Positions 19,010-28,871 of a stretch of 64,000 bases of DNA are shown one piece after another. The stretch spans positions 96,001-160,000 of the forward strand of contig JBNKOC010000012.1 of the NCBI GenBank assembly GCA_050294405.1, written 5' to 3'. The notes below the pieces were generated by a model, which worked only from the letters and a program-made list of their open reading frames with translations, did no database searches and was not told the DNA's origin. Source of the DNA: Fibrobacteria bacterium (GTDB taxonomy: Bacteria > Fibrobacterota > Fibrobacteria > UBA11236 > JADFYW01). Each line of letters begins with the position of its first letter. Position 1 is the first letter of the stretch. The position numbers and the translations under genes are program-made.

Positions 19010-21187
19010 ATGGAAATTCCAGTAGCTGTAAAAGCAGCAAAATATTTAATGCTGCTGTCTGCTTTATCTCTGCAATTTTCCTGTAAGCAAAATGGAAGTG
19101 TAAAAATGGAAAATAAATTACGAAATGAAAAAAGCCCCTATCTCCTGCAGCATGCTAAAAATCCGGTCCATTGGTATCCTTGGGGTGAGGAAGCGTTTAA
19201 CAGAGCTAAAAAAGAAAATAAACTAATACTATTGTCCATTGGTTATTCTACTTGCCACTGGTGCCATGTCATGGAAAAAGAATCTTTTGAAAAAGAGGAT
19301 GTGGCAGCTATCCTTAACAAATATTATGTAAGTATTAAGGTAGATAGAGAGGAACGCCCGGATGTAGATAATTTGTATATGGGATTAGCACAAGCTTTAG
19401 GGGTTGGGGGAGGCTGGCCCCTTAATTTGTTCTTAACTCCCGACCAGGTTCCTTTTACCGGGGGCACCTATTTTCCTCCGGAAGATGCTTATGGTAAGCG
19501 AAGTTTTAAATATGTGCTTCAAACTGTGGCAAAAATGTGGGAAAGCGAACCTCAGAAAATTTTAGATACAGAAAAAGGGGTGCTAAAATATATCAATCAA
19601 AAAAATGAAGTAACCCCCACAGCTGTAAATATTGAAGCGTTGCATCAAAAGGCGATTTTAGAAAAAGCTTCTATGTATGAGCCGGCGTATGGGGGCTTTT
19701 CTTCAGCTCCAAAGTTCCCTATGGGTCACGCACTTTCCTATTTGATATTGCTCGAAAAAAGAAATCCAGACAAAGTGCTTCTCAATAGAATAACCCACAC
19801 TTTGGATAACATGGCTTCGGCCGGGCTTTACGATCAAATTGGAGGGGGGTTTCATCGTTATTCCACAGACAGGGAATGGCTGGTGCCCCATTTTGAAAAA
19901 ATGTTATACGACCAGGCGCTTTTGATTACTGCATATGCCAATGCCTACAGCAATACCTTAAATAGCCGCTATGCAGAAATTGTAGCGGAAACAATTGAGT
20001 ATCTGCGTAGAGATATGTTGGATGAAAAGGGAGGTTTTTATTCGGCTGAAGATGCCGATAGCGAGGGAGAAGAAGGGACTTTTTATTTATGGGAAATATC
20101 GGAACTCAAGGAATTAGTTCCAGAGAATATTGGAATGTTAATGGATTGGTTTGATATAAAAGAGCATGGGAATTTCGAGGGAAAAAATATTTTAACCCGT
20201 AAACATACTATTAGATGGTTGGCGGAAAAGTATGGAAAAGATGAAGACGGGTTGAAAGCTAAAATAAAGGAAATGAATTCCAGGCTTTTGGCCGCAAGAA
20301 GCCAAAGAATCCGGCCTCATTTGGACGATAAAATTTTAACAGACTGGAACGGTTTAGTTATATCGGCGTTAAGCAAGGCAGCCCAGGCTTTGCCCGATTC
20401 GCTGGGCGATATATATAAAAAAGAAAATAGCCTTAATATGGCAAAAAATGCGGCCGAATTTGTTTTAAAAGAATTAAGAGATAAGGATAACCGGCTTTTA
20501 AAAAGTTACAGGCAAGGGCCTTCTAACATCGCAGGGTTTATTGAGGATTACGCCTTTTTTGCCAATGGACTATTGGACTTGTATGAAAGCAGTTTCGAAG
20601 TAAAATACCTTGAGGAGGCTGTGGCTACAGCCCGCCAGATGATTGAAAATTTTTGGGACTCCAAGGACGGTGGCTTTTATTTTATTCCTAAAGATGGAAG
20701 CATGCTCTTAAAAAATGCCAAGGAACTCAATGACGGAGCTATTCCCAGCGGAAATAGTGTGGCGGCGCAGGTATGTGCTCGTCTATATCGCATTACCGCA
20801 AATGAGGAATACAAAAACATATTGGAAAAAATGATTTCCTTTTTTGGCCCTCAAATTAATACCTATCCTTCCAGCTATCCTGTTTTTTTATCCGCATTGG
20901 ATATGTATTATAATCCCGGTCCTGAAATTATTTTATCCGGAAATAAAGAAAACGAATCCTTTAAAAAAATTTGGAGCCTGGTAAAAAAATACCCATCCAT
21001 AAACCAAATATTAATTCATGTTCCTGAACACAGTGAATCAGCCATATTTGAAATAGCTCCTTTTACCAAACAACAACGAGTCGTTGAAGGAGATGTAACC
21101 TTTTATTATTGCCAAAATAGAACATGCCAAAGACCTTTGAATTCTCCCGTAGATGTGGAAGAATTTTTAAAATCAGTTGCCGGATAA
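19010..21187 (+). CDS. YyaL/SSP411-type thioredoxin-domain protein
   Basis: [57 protein letters not shown]; start uncertain (18992, 19010 or later MENK). Confidence 0.92.
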   Translation: MEIPVAVKAAKYLMLLSALSLQFSCKQNGSVKMENKLRNEKSPYLLQHAKNPVHWYPWGEEAFNRAKKENKLILLSIGYSTCHWCHVMEKESFEKEDVAAILNKYYVSIKVDREERPDVDNLYMGLAQALGVGGGWPLNLFLTPDQVPFTGGTYFPPEDAYGKRSFKYVLQTVAKMWESEPQKILDTEKGVLKYINQKNEVTPTAVNIEALHQKAILEKASMYEPAYGGFSSAPKFPMGHALSYLILLEKRNPDKVLLNRITHTLDNMASAGLYDQIGGGFHRYSTDREWLVPHFEKMLYDQALLITAYANAYSNTLNSRYAEIVAETIEYLRRDMLDEKGGFYSAEDADSEGEEGTFYLWEISELKELVPENIGMLMDWFDIKEHGNFEGKNILTRKHTIRWLAEKYGKDEDGLKAKIKEMNSRLLAARSQRIRPHLDDKILTDWNGLVISALSKAAQALPDSLGDIYKKENSLNMAKNAAEFVLKELRDKDNRLLKSYRQGPSNIAGFIEDYAFFANGLLDLYESSFEVKYLEEAVATARQMIENFWDSKDGGFYFIPKDGSMLLKNAKELNDGAIPSGNSVAAQVCARLYRITANEEYKNILEKMISFFGPQINTYPSSYPVFLSALDMYYNPGPEIILSGNKENESFKKIWSLVKKYPSINQILIHVPEHSESAIFEIAPFTKQQRVVEGDVTFYYCQNRTCQRPLNSPVDVEEFLKSVAG

Positions 21188-21895
21188 TATTTGCAATATT
21201 GTGCTTTTGTGATTATCGAGATAATAAGAAAAATCGTGAAGGCCATCAGGGAAAATATACAGGCTGGTGTTTGGATTTTGTTTTTTCCATTCTTTAAAAA
21301 CAGGTTCAATTTTTTCAATTGGAAAGAGTCTGTCGTTTCCTCCCTGAAAAAAGTGCCAATGCCCTTTTTGAAACCCATCTTGACTGTAATTTTTTTGATT
21401 TAAAATAATTTGAGGGGCGCTGGAAAATAAAAGCCTCTTGGTTATATTAAAGGGGCTGTTAATACTAAAGTGAATCACGGCTAAAGAGCCATCCGAAACA
21501 CCAAATAAAATAATCGGCAATTTTTCCAATTGCTGTTTGGCGATAAATTCCCTTAAAAAACTATTTATGTTTGTCATTAGTTGCGGGTGAAGCCAATGTA
21601 AGTTTCTATTGGCTGAGGGGCTGAATACTATATAATCATTTCTGTTTATAAGAGGGTATATGCCTGTTAAGGCTTGTTTCCCTTTGTCTGATATGGGACT
21701 ATTCATGCCGCCATGAAACCAGATGATAATACCTTTGGCCGAGGTCATGTTTGAAGGAAAGCTGGCGCCGTAGAAAACATTTTCAGAGCCGAATTGAAAA
21801 ATGGAGTCCCGGAAGGAAAAAGAATTCTCCAGAAAGAAAAACAAATGGCAAAATAATAAAAGATGAATCTTTGTATTCATACTCATTAATTGCAA
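21173..21895 (-). CDS. Exported alpha/beta-hydrolase
   Basis: Signal-like N-terminus, WFHGG, GVSDG elbow, GGNDRL, GLHDF. Confidence 0.7.
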   Translation of the reverse strand: MQLMSMNTKIHLLLFCHLFFFLENSFSFRDSIFQFGSENVFYGASFPSNMTSAKGIIIWFHGGMNSPISDKGKQALTGIYPLINRNDYIVFSPSANRNLHWLHPQLMTNINSFLREFIAKQQLEKLPIILFGVSDGSLAVIHFSINSPFNITKRLLFSSAPQIILNQKNYSQDGFQKGHWHFFQGGNDRLFPIEKIEPVFKEWKKQNPNTSLYIFPDGLHDFSYYLDNHKSTILQILSGN

Positions 21896-21916
21896 TATAG
21901 CACAATGAATAGTTGC

Positions 21917-22591
21917 TTAGTGGATTCGAATTACAATTCTTCTGTTGGCGGCTTGGTTTTCTGGAATGGGCTTGCCGTTGGAGTCCCTGTTGGGAGCAAC
22001 AGGCTTGGTATCTGCATATCCTGCAGCCTTAAGCCTGTCCCCATTCACGCCAGTTTCTATCATATACTTAACAATGTTTGTTGCCCTGGAAACGCTAAGC
22101 TCCCAGTTTGAGGGAAAACGAATGGTGTTAATGGGAACATCATCTGTATGTCCTTCCACATCCACTACAAAGGGGTAATAATCAACCTGCTTAATGGCTT
22201 GTGAAACCTTATCAATCAGGTTTTGTGCTGTTGGGCTTATGTCGGCACTCCCGCCAGCGTAAAAAGCCGAACTTGCAAATTTTAACATTATGTTTTTTTG
22301 GTCCTGCTTTATATTAACCTGCTGGGCTGCTTTCTCATCAGCCAATAACGAGTCCAGAGCCCGCTTAATATCAGCCAAGGGAGTTTTTATCTTCTCGTCT
22401 TTGATTTCCGAAATGATTCCAGATTTCATTTGTTCCCATAAGCTCATATCCACTTTTGAAATGGATATTAACATTAAAAAAAACGCCATAAGAAGGGTTA
22501 TCATATCCCCGTAGGTATTCATCCAGTCATCTAAATTCACCTCTTCAGGTTCGTTTAGTCTGTATTTGTTTTTATGGGATTTTAAAGCCAT
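21917..22591 (-). CDS. motB: MotB/PomB-family stator subunit with OmpA-like peptidoglycan-binding domain
   Basis: WMNTYGDMITLLMAFFLML (conserved Asp), VEGHTDDVPI, SNWELSVSRA, GYADTKP, NRRIVI. Confidence 0.95.
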   Translation of the reverse strand: MALKSHKNKYRLNEPEEVNLDDWMNTYGDMITLLMAFFLMLISISKVDMSLWEQMKSGIISEIKDEKIKTPLADIKRALDSLLADEKAAQQVNIKQDQKNIMLKFASSAFYAGGSADISPTAQNLIDKVSQAIKQVDYYPFVVDVEGHTDDVPINTIRFPSNWELSVSRATNIVKYMIETGVNGDRLKAAGYADTKPVAPNRDSNGKPIPENQAANRRIVIRIH

Positions 22592-22602
22592 GAATCGCTG
22601 CC

Positions 22603-23397
22603 TTATTTTTTGGGCTCAGCATCCATTTGAAATTTATTTTTTCTGTCCAAATAGGCGTTTAATTTATCCTGAATATAAAATGGACTTTTCTTTTCCAGTA
22701 TTAACATAAACCCTTCAAGGATTAGATATTCCCGGAACCTTTGGATTCCTAAAATTTGCTTTACTTTGGTGGAGCATGGTTGGAATATAAATCTGGCGAA
22801 TAAAACCCCATATAATGTGGTCATGAGGGCAATAGACAAACCAGGTCCCATTTGAGAGGGGTCATCCATTTTGCTTAACATTACAATTAATCCAATTAAG
22901 GTGCCTACCATGCCAAAAGCCGGAGCGGCAGAGGCCATTGTGTTTAATATGTTGGATTCGGATAGATGTCTGAAGTAGTGCTCTTCAATGGCGGTTTCGG
23001 TAAACTCAGCCACCTCATCTTTGGAATAGCCGGTACTGATTAAGGAACTAACATACTTCACGAAATCATCTTTTGTCTCATTTCCGATGTTTTCAAAAGC
23101 GTTGATTCCGTCTTGGGATACACGCCTGGACCAGCTGATAACCATTCCCACATCCTGCATAAGAGATTTTGGAGTTATTTTCTGGCGTACGAAAACTTTA
23201 AATATAGATAAAAGAGCTACAAAAATATAGCGCCAGCGATACCCGATAAAAGCAGATGTTACGGTACCTCCAACAACAATGGAAGCGCTGGGACCGCTGA
23301 TAAATATGCTCCAGTCATTAGTTGCGCTTAAAACACCCCAGGAAACAATTCCCACACCAAAAATAACACCGAATACGGTGGAAAGGGAAAGAAACAT
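22603..23397 (-). CDS. motA: MotA/PomA-family stator subunit
   Basis: PSASIVVGGT, APAFGMVGTLIGLIVML, MGPGLSIALMTTLYG. Confidence 0.93.
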   Translation of the reverse strand: MFLSLSTVFGVIFGVGIVSWGVLSATNDWSIFISGPSASIVVGGTVTSAFIGYRWRYIFVALLSIFKVFVRQKITPKSLMQDVGMVISWSRRVSQDGINAFENIGNETKDDFVKYVSSLISTGYSKDEVAEFTETAIEEHYFRHLSESNILNTMASAAPAFGMVGTLIGLIVMLSKMDDPSQMGPGLSIALMTTLYGVLFARFIFQPCSTKVKQILGIQRFREYLILEGFMLILEKKSPFYIQDKLNAYLDRKNKFQMDAEPKK

Positions 23398-24074
23398 TAA
23401 TTTTGCTCCAAACTTTTGTTGGCTTTTTTAAGCTTATTCAACATTTGAATAACAGCTGGCATATCAGGGTTTAATCTAAGAGATTGCAACCAGGCTTCTT
23501 TGGCGGCGGGCATATCGTCCATCATGTATAATATGCTTCCCATAAGGGCGTATCCATCTGACGTTTCTTGTTTTTGTAAACTGAATTTCACCATGTCCAA
23601 AGCTTCCGGAAATCTTTTCTGATAGAAAAACTCCTGCGCCTTTCTAATTTCCGCCAAGACCTGCTGCATATCGCCTTTTGTAAGGTCATTGCCTTTGGCT
23701 ATATCCATAACATCATCCCAATTTTCTTTTTTGTCTTTTTCTTCTTCCTCTTTAGCGGCAGAGTCTACGGAGGTTTTTTTGCTGGATTGCTGGACTTGAG
23801 GGGCGACAGGAGAAGGCGGGGGAACCGGGCTGCCTGACATTACCAAATTTACATCCTGGCTGTTTATGTCCACAACCATAGTTACATTTGAAGACTTGTT
23901 AGTGTATGAAATTTTCATTTCATTGCTATTTTTTGGCGCTGGAGAAGAAACCTGGTTATTCTCTGCACGGGTATCCGCGCTTTTTTTATCTGCCTTTGAG
24001 GAGGCGCAGCCCATAGCTCCCAATAGGGCTATGTAAATCAGGCTAGAAGGTATAATTAAGGATGTCCACTTCAT
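23397..24074 (-). CDS. Lipoprotein with low-complexity linker and C-terminal TPR
   Basis: Lipobox-like GAMGC; AQEFFYQKRFPEAL...YALMGSILY...AKEAWLQSLRLNP TPR pattern; overlaps both neighbours. Confidence 0.75.
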   Translation of the reverse strand: MKWTSLIIPSSLIYIALLGAMGCASSKADKKSADTRAENNQVSSPAPKNSNEMKISYTNKSSNVTMVVDINSQDVNLVMSGSPVPPPSPVAPQVQQSSKKTSVDSAAKEEEEKDKKENWDDVMDIAKGNDLTKGDMQQVLAEIRKAQEFFYQKRFPEALDMVKFSLQKQETSDGYALMGSILYMMDDMPAAKEAWLQSLRLNPDMPAVIQMLNKLKKANKSLEQN

Positions 24075-25122
24075 AAGCTAGTTTCTCAAAGGTGATTTTG
24101 TGCCCCACTGCATCTCCCAAAGAACCGGTGATAAACCGATCTCCAGCTATGTAACTTACCCCAATGGATACTCCAAAATGTTTGGAGAGTTGAGCGTTAT
24201 ATCCATAGGTAAAAACCGGAATGCTGCCTGTAAATAAAAAAGGAACATAATAGTAGGCGCTAAAATAGGTCCCCAACCAATGGCCCCTGTCCCGGTTTCC
24301 TTTGGGAACTAACACGGCCCAAACTCCAACTCCAATTTGCATGGTGTATATGCCGCTGTAGCCCAATTCAATACTGTCTTTTTTGGAGATTGCCATGCGG
24401 GATACACCTGCGTTGATGTTAAACCACAACCTTCGGTTTTTGGTCAAGGCTTCAGTGACACTCCCTTCAATGGCGACTTGGTTAAACCCGGTTTCCTTGT
24501 CTATGCCGCTTTGTCCCTCAAACTTTTCCATGGAAAAAATTCGAATAGGTACATGAGCGGACCATTTTAAGTCGAATATGCTAGGCTCCACCTTGTTGGG
24601 TCCTGCGATAAAATCTCCAGACCACAATATTTCAGCAGTTCGGTGCTTCACTAATTTTAGATTTAACATTACATCGCCATCCTTGGACTTGCTGCAAGAA
24701 CCTTCAATAAAAGCGTCAATTCTTAATTTATCGCCAAGCTTCCAAAGCTCTTCGATAGTAGGAATGGTGTTAGACATGCTAAAGGAGGTATCGGTGCTGA
24801 TAATATTCAGGGTTTTTAGTTCGGGGGGAGATACTAGCGTACGGCGGCCTTCATCCCGCAATGTAGTTTCAATTCGGCCTTGAATGTATCTGGACTCCCC
24901 TTTTGTGAAACCTTTGGAATCCGTTCTGATTTGGTAAATGGCGATTTTTTCCACCGAGGGAGGTATATCCCCTAATGTTTCCTTTAGCTCAGCAATAATT
25001 TTTTCAATTTGCTTGATTCCGGAGGATGTTTCATAAAAGGGATGGTTCTCCGGTAGGTTTTCCGTTACATTGTCCCCGAAAGAAAAGGCGAATAGAAACC
25101 CCAATAATGTTAGTATTCTCAT
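24043..25122 (-). CDS. Exported protein: FlgO/CsgG-like N-domain plus probable outer-membrane beta-barrel
   Basis: Signal peptide; KIAIYQI...KLGDKLRIDAFIEGS...LNLKLVKHRTAEILWS; alternating beta-strand C-half ending in NYTF. Confidence 0.6.
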   Translation of the reverse strand: MRILTLLGFLFAFSFGDNVTENLPENHPFYETSSGIKQIEKIIAELKETLGDIPPSVEKIAIYQIRTDSKGFTKGESRYIQGRIETTLRDEGRRTLVSPPELKTLNIISTDTSFSMSNTIPTIEELWKLGDKLRIDAFIEGSCSKSKDGDVMLNLKLVKHRTAEILWSGDFIAGPNKVEPSIFDLKWSAHVPIRIFSMEKFEGQSGIDKETGFNQVAIEGSVTEALTKNRRLWFNINAGVSRMAISKKDSIELGYSGIYTMQIGVGVWAVLVPKGNRDRGHWLGTYFSAYYYVPFLFTGSIPVFTYGYNAQLSKHFGVSIGVSYIAGDRFITGSLGDAVGHKITFEKLAYEVDILNYTF

Positions 25123-26963
25123 GCCTCCGGCCTCCCGCCATAGGCTTTGATATCCTGCCTGATTTTTTGCAAAAGGGTTTTTTGCGCGCTTTCAATTTCT
25201 TCAGCTTTTAAATCGGTTTTGGTTTCCAAACCCGATTTTATCATAAGCTGCATCCGCTCAGGTAGTAAGGAAATTACTTTTAATTTTATGTCTTCTTCTA
25301 CTCCGGCAAGGGCATTGGTAAGTACATCCTGGTTTACATTTCTAACAGAATTAGTGAGAAACTTGTCGGGAAGGCTGGTGATTTCAGGTAGGGTGATAAA
25401 ATTGTTTTTGATTTTTTCCGCCAGGTTTAAATCCACTTCTGCAATGGAATTCAGATATTCTCCCTGGACAGAAATGGGAAGGCTGTCTAAAACATCCAGT
25501 ACGCTTTCAATGCCATCAGAAGCTACATAGCGCATGTTTATAACTTCAAGCGCGTTGGCAGACAATCTATCCGCTAGTTCCTTGTATACTTTAAGGGGGA
25601 TGTTTTGAATTTTTCCCATTCCCGCAAGAATTTTTGTGCGCTTGGATTTATCCAATTTTTGAAGTATGGAGCTTGCTTTGGACGGTTCCACCTGGGCTAA
25701 AGCCATGCCAATGATTCCTTCAGATTCCTCCTTTAACAGGTGGAGGATTTGTTGTTCGTTCATCTGGCGCAAAAACCCAAAGAGATCTGCATATTCGCTT
25801 TCGTTTATTATGGAGCTGGTTTGGTTTTGGTAATCTTCTTTGAATTGCTTATACACAGCTAAAACTTCTTCCCCCGCCAAGGGTTCCAATTGTTTTAACC
25901 TATTTTCGATATTTTTAGTTTCTTCTTTTCCCAGTTCTGTGGAAACAACTTTTAATATTCTTTCATCAACTGCCTTAATTAATTTTGTTGTTTCCTGATG
26001 TCCTTCTTCACCTTTTTGCTGAATCCATTTCTTTAATACCTGAGAGCTGGAGGCTGTGTCCCCAATAAAGGCGCTTAACACATAAGAACGCATTTCCCGG
26101 AGTTCGTTATTCCCACTGTCCTCTTCTTTATTAGCCTCTGTAGATTTTTCTTTTTCGGGAGCTGTTTTAATTTCCTGGAGTTCGTTGATGATGTTAGTAT
26201 AGGAATCCTGGACCTTGCTTCGCTGCCGGTTTTTAGAAAACGCTCGGGAAACAATAACGGCAATTAACAAAACAAAAATGCAAATGATGAGTAGGGGTAT
26301 TAAAGAAGCCAGGTTGTCCACCAAAGGTTTGAAGGGGTTTAATTTTTCCTCTTTTTCCAACAGCTCGGAATCCGCCTTACTGCTGGGTAAGGCTTTTGGG
26401 TCCATGTTTTCAGCCAATTGATATCCCGAATTAGGCTTTTTCTGGACTGGGAAAATTCCGGAGCGAATATCCAGCCTGTCTCCCCGATATTCATTTAAAT
26501 TTGCCGACATGCTAATAAGCTTTTTAATAAAGGAGTAGTCTTTATCTTCATAGCTTGTATCCACCATGATTTCCACTTCCACATGGTTAATGGAAAAGTC
26601 ACTTTGTTTTTTCCCAGCCCTGGCTTTTGCCGCCCCTTCCTTCATGTCATTGGGCAACACAGGCAGCCCCGGCAGGGTGTATATATCATCCAAATCCCCT
26701 TCCAGATCAATTTCTTCAGACTCGTTCAGAAACACATTGGCATCTACTAAAAAAGTCCGTTCATCATAATATTTGCTGAGAACATCTTTTATTAGAACTT
26801 CGTAGTAGTGGGAGGCTTTGCGAGATTGGGCTTCGTATTTGCTTCTATCCTCATTTTTAACTTTAAATTCCTGGCCATTAGCCGGGGCAAAAAGGATTAT
26901 TGCAAAAAAGGCCCACTGGATGATGCCTGCAAATTTCATTGATACACTCAATTTTTGAAGCAA
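25119..26963 (-). CDS. fliG: FliF-RBM3 / FliG fusion rotor protein
   Basis: Signal peptide (ANG|Q); FliF-like INHVEVEIMVD...IKKLI...NEYRGDRLDI...F; one TM; FliG-M and FliG-C patterns; alternative ATG at 26939. Confidence 0.85.
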   Translation of the reverse strand: MLQKLSVSMKFAGIIQWAFFAIILFAPANGQEFKVKNEDRSKYEAQSRKASHYYEVLIKDVLSKYYDERTFLVDANVFLNESEEIDLEGDLDDIYTLPGLPVLPNDMKEGAAKARAGKKQSDFSINHVEVEIMVDTSYEDKDYSFIKKLISMSANLNEYRGDRLDIRSGIFPVQKKPNSGYQLAENMDPKALPSSKADSELLEKEEKLNPFKPLVDNLASLIPLLIICIFVLLIAVIVSRAFSKNRQRSKVQDSYTNIINELQEIKTAPEKEKSTEANKEEDSGNNELREMRSYVLSAFIGDTASSSQVLKKWIQQKGEEGHQETTKLIKAVDERILKVVSTELGKEETKNIENRLKQLEPLAGEEVLAVYKQFKEDYQNQTSSIINESEYADLFGFLRQMNEQQILHLLKEESEGIIGMALAQVEPSKASSILQKLDKSKRTKILAGMGKIQNIPLKVYKELADRLSANALEVINMRYVASDGIESVLDVLDSLPISVQGEYLNSIAEVDLNLAEKIKNNFITLPEITSLPDKFLTNSVRNVNQDVLTNALAGVEEDIKLKVISLLPERMQLMIKSGLETKTDLKAEEIESAQKTLLQKIRQDIKAYGGRPEA

Positions 26964-27054
26964 AATATTCTCTAACGATTTTTTTCATGGTATTACAATC
27001 CCGGTTGGGTTTGCAAAGGTTTTTTAGGAAGGGCCTTTAAAAATTCAAAAAAAA

Positions 27055-28491
27055 TTAAACGTTTAATTTCCAAAAAATTGGGGCTAGCCAGCGCAGAACC
27101 GCGAAAATGAGGAAAATTCCCAATAGATTTAACGCAAATCCAACACTTGCCATTTTTTTTATGGATACGTGTCCCGAGCTAAAAATTACAGCATTAGGAG
27201 GTGTGGCAATGGGAAGCATAAATGCGTAGGAAGCAGCCAAAGCTACGGCGCTGGTAAAAAGAATGGAATCTTGCTGATTTTGATAGCCAAGTCCGGCCAT
27301 TATTGGAATGAGCATGCTTGCGGTAGCTGTATTCGAGGTGACTTCGGTTAAAAAAATTGTAGTAAGAATAATGGCTAACAATATCAAGGAAACCGAACTT
27401 AAATTCCAGGAAGAAAATTGAGCGCCAATATATTCAGTTAAGTTTGAAGTTGAAAATGCGTTGGCCAGGCTAAGTCCGCCTCCAAACAGGATCAAAACTC
27501 CCCAGGGCAAAGATATGGTATCTTCCCAGACCATAAGAAACTCCTGTTTTTTTAGGGAGACAGGTAAAATAAATAACAGGCAGGCCCCGAAGATGGCTAT
27601 GGTGGCATCGCTCATTAATGGAGAGATCCAATTTTTTAAAAAGCCCTGAAAAACCCAACATAGGGCGACCAGAGTAAAAACAGCAAGCACCATTTTTTCG
27701 GGCTTACTAATGGGGCCTAATTCTTTTAGTTCCTTTAGTATTAAGGCGTTCAATTGTCCGGGTTTCAGGAAGATTTCCCTTAACTGAGTTTTCCATAAAT
27801 ATAGCCAGGTTAATATCAACATTATTATGGATAAAGGCAGTCCTACTAACATCCAGCTTATAAAACTTATGTTAAAATGCAAATGCTTTTGAACATATCC
27901 TGCCCAGAAAATATTAGGAGGAGTCCCTATCAAGGTAGCGGCCCCTCCAATGGAGGCTCCGTAAGCAATACCTAACATAAGCCCGATGCTTATTTTTGTG
28001 TTTTTATTTTCCCCCACGGTTGCCATTTTGTTGCCCACTGCAAGAGCTATGGGTAACATCATCATGGCAGTTGCTGTATTGCTGATCCACATGGATAAAA
28101 AGGCCGAGGCTCCCATGAATCCCAGTAATAGCCCGGGGCCGCTGCTACCTACCCATTTTATAGTGGTAAGGGCGATTCTTTTATGCAAATTCCATTTTTC
28201 AATACTCAAGGCAATGATGAACCCACCTAAAAAAAGAAATATTAAGTGATTGGCGTAAGGAGCGGCCGCTGACTTAGAGTCGGCAATTTTTAAAACAGGA
28301 AACAGGACTAAAGGCAATAATGATGTTATTGCCATTGGAATGGTTTCGGTAACCCAAAACACAGCCATTAAAAAGGCACAGGCGGCGGTTTTTTGGCCAG
28401 CTGCACTTAAGCCCTCTGGTTGCGGAAGTAAGAGGATTATTATAAAGCCCGATGGGCCAAGTAACCAGCCAATTTTTTGAGAAGTTTTCAA
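27055..28491 (-). CDS. DASS/SLC13 sodium-coupled anion symporter
   Basis: WVTETIP, LSMWISNTAT, TLIGTPPN, LTEVTSNTAT, FMLPIATPPNA. Confidence 0.93.
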   Translation of the reverse strand: MKTSQKIGWLLGPSGFIIILLLPQPEGLSAAGQKTAACAFLMAVFWVTETIPMAITSLLPLVLFPVLKIADSKSAAAPYANHLIFLFLGGFIIALSIEKWNLHKRIALTTIKWVGSSGPGLLLGFMGASAFLSMWISNTATAMMMLPIALAVGNKMATVGENKNTKISIGLMLGIAYGASIGGAATLIGTPPNIFWAGYVQKHLHFNISFISWMLVGLPLSIIMLILTWLYLWKTQLREIFLKPGQLNALILKELKELGPISKPEKMVLAVFTLVALCWVFQGFLKNWISPLMSDATIAIFGACLLFILPVSLKKQEFLMVWEDTISLPWGVLILFGGGLSLANAFSTSNLTEYIGAQFSSWNLSSVSLILLAIILTTIFLTEVTSNTATASMLIPIMAGLGYQNQQDSILFTSAVALAASYAFMLPIATPPNAVIFSSGHVSIKKMASVGFALNLLGIFLIFAVLRWLAPIFWKLNV

Positions 28492-28509
28492 TCTGGCTTC
28501 AAAATAAAA

Positions 28510-28857
28510 TCAATCAGGGTAGTGTTTATAAATTTCTGAAGTTTTTTGAGCCATCCATAAATCTTTTTTTTGTATTCCTTTAAGACTGTGGGTCCACCAG
28601 GAGACTTCCACTTTTCCCCATTCCAATATTATTCGGGGGTGGTGGTTATTCTGTTCGGCCAGATTGCCAATTTCGTTGCTGAACTTTTGGGCCGTTTTAA
28701 AATCTTTAAAGCTAAATCCAGCCTGAATATAAGGAATTTCATCCGTTTGAAACAAACTCCATTGAGGAAGTTCCTTTAAGGCAATATATATCTGGTCCAA
28801 TTCCATTTTTTGGGCGGAACCAGGTTGGGTTTCAGATTCATTTAAATCAAAAATCAT
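28510..28857 (-). CDS. phhB: Pterin-4-alpha-carbinolamine dehydratase
   Basis: FSFKDF, AEQNNHHP, EWGKVEVSWWTH. Confidence 0.9.
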   Translation of the reverse strand: MIFDLNESETQPGSAQKMELDQIYIALKELPQWSLFQTDEIPYIQAGFSFKDFKTAQKFSNEIGNLAEQNNHHPRIILEWGKVEVSWWTHSLKGIQKKDLWMAQKTSEIYKHYPD

Positions 28858-28871
28858 TATTTTCCCCCTAT

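Noticed and set aside
21173..21895. Hydrolase as sixth member of the motor operon
   Set aside because: Close and co-oriented, but nothing beyond proximity supports membership; needs synteny
21917..23397. ZorAB anti-phage, TolQR or ExbBD assignment for the stator
   Set aside because: MotA is 264 aa without a long Zor tail; MotB has the flagellar-type Asp TM, plug and OmpA domain; a FliG-containing partner is in the operon
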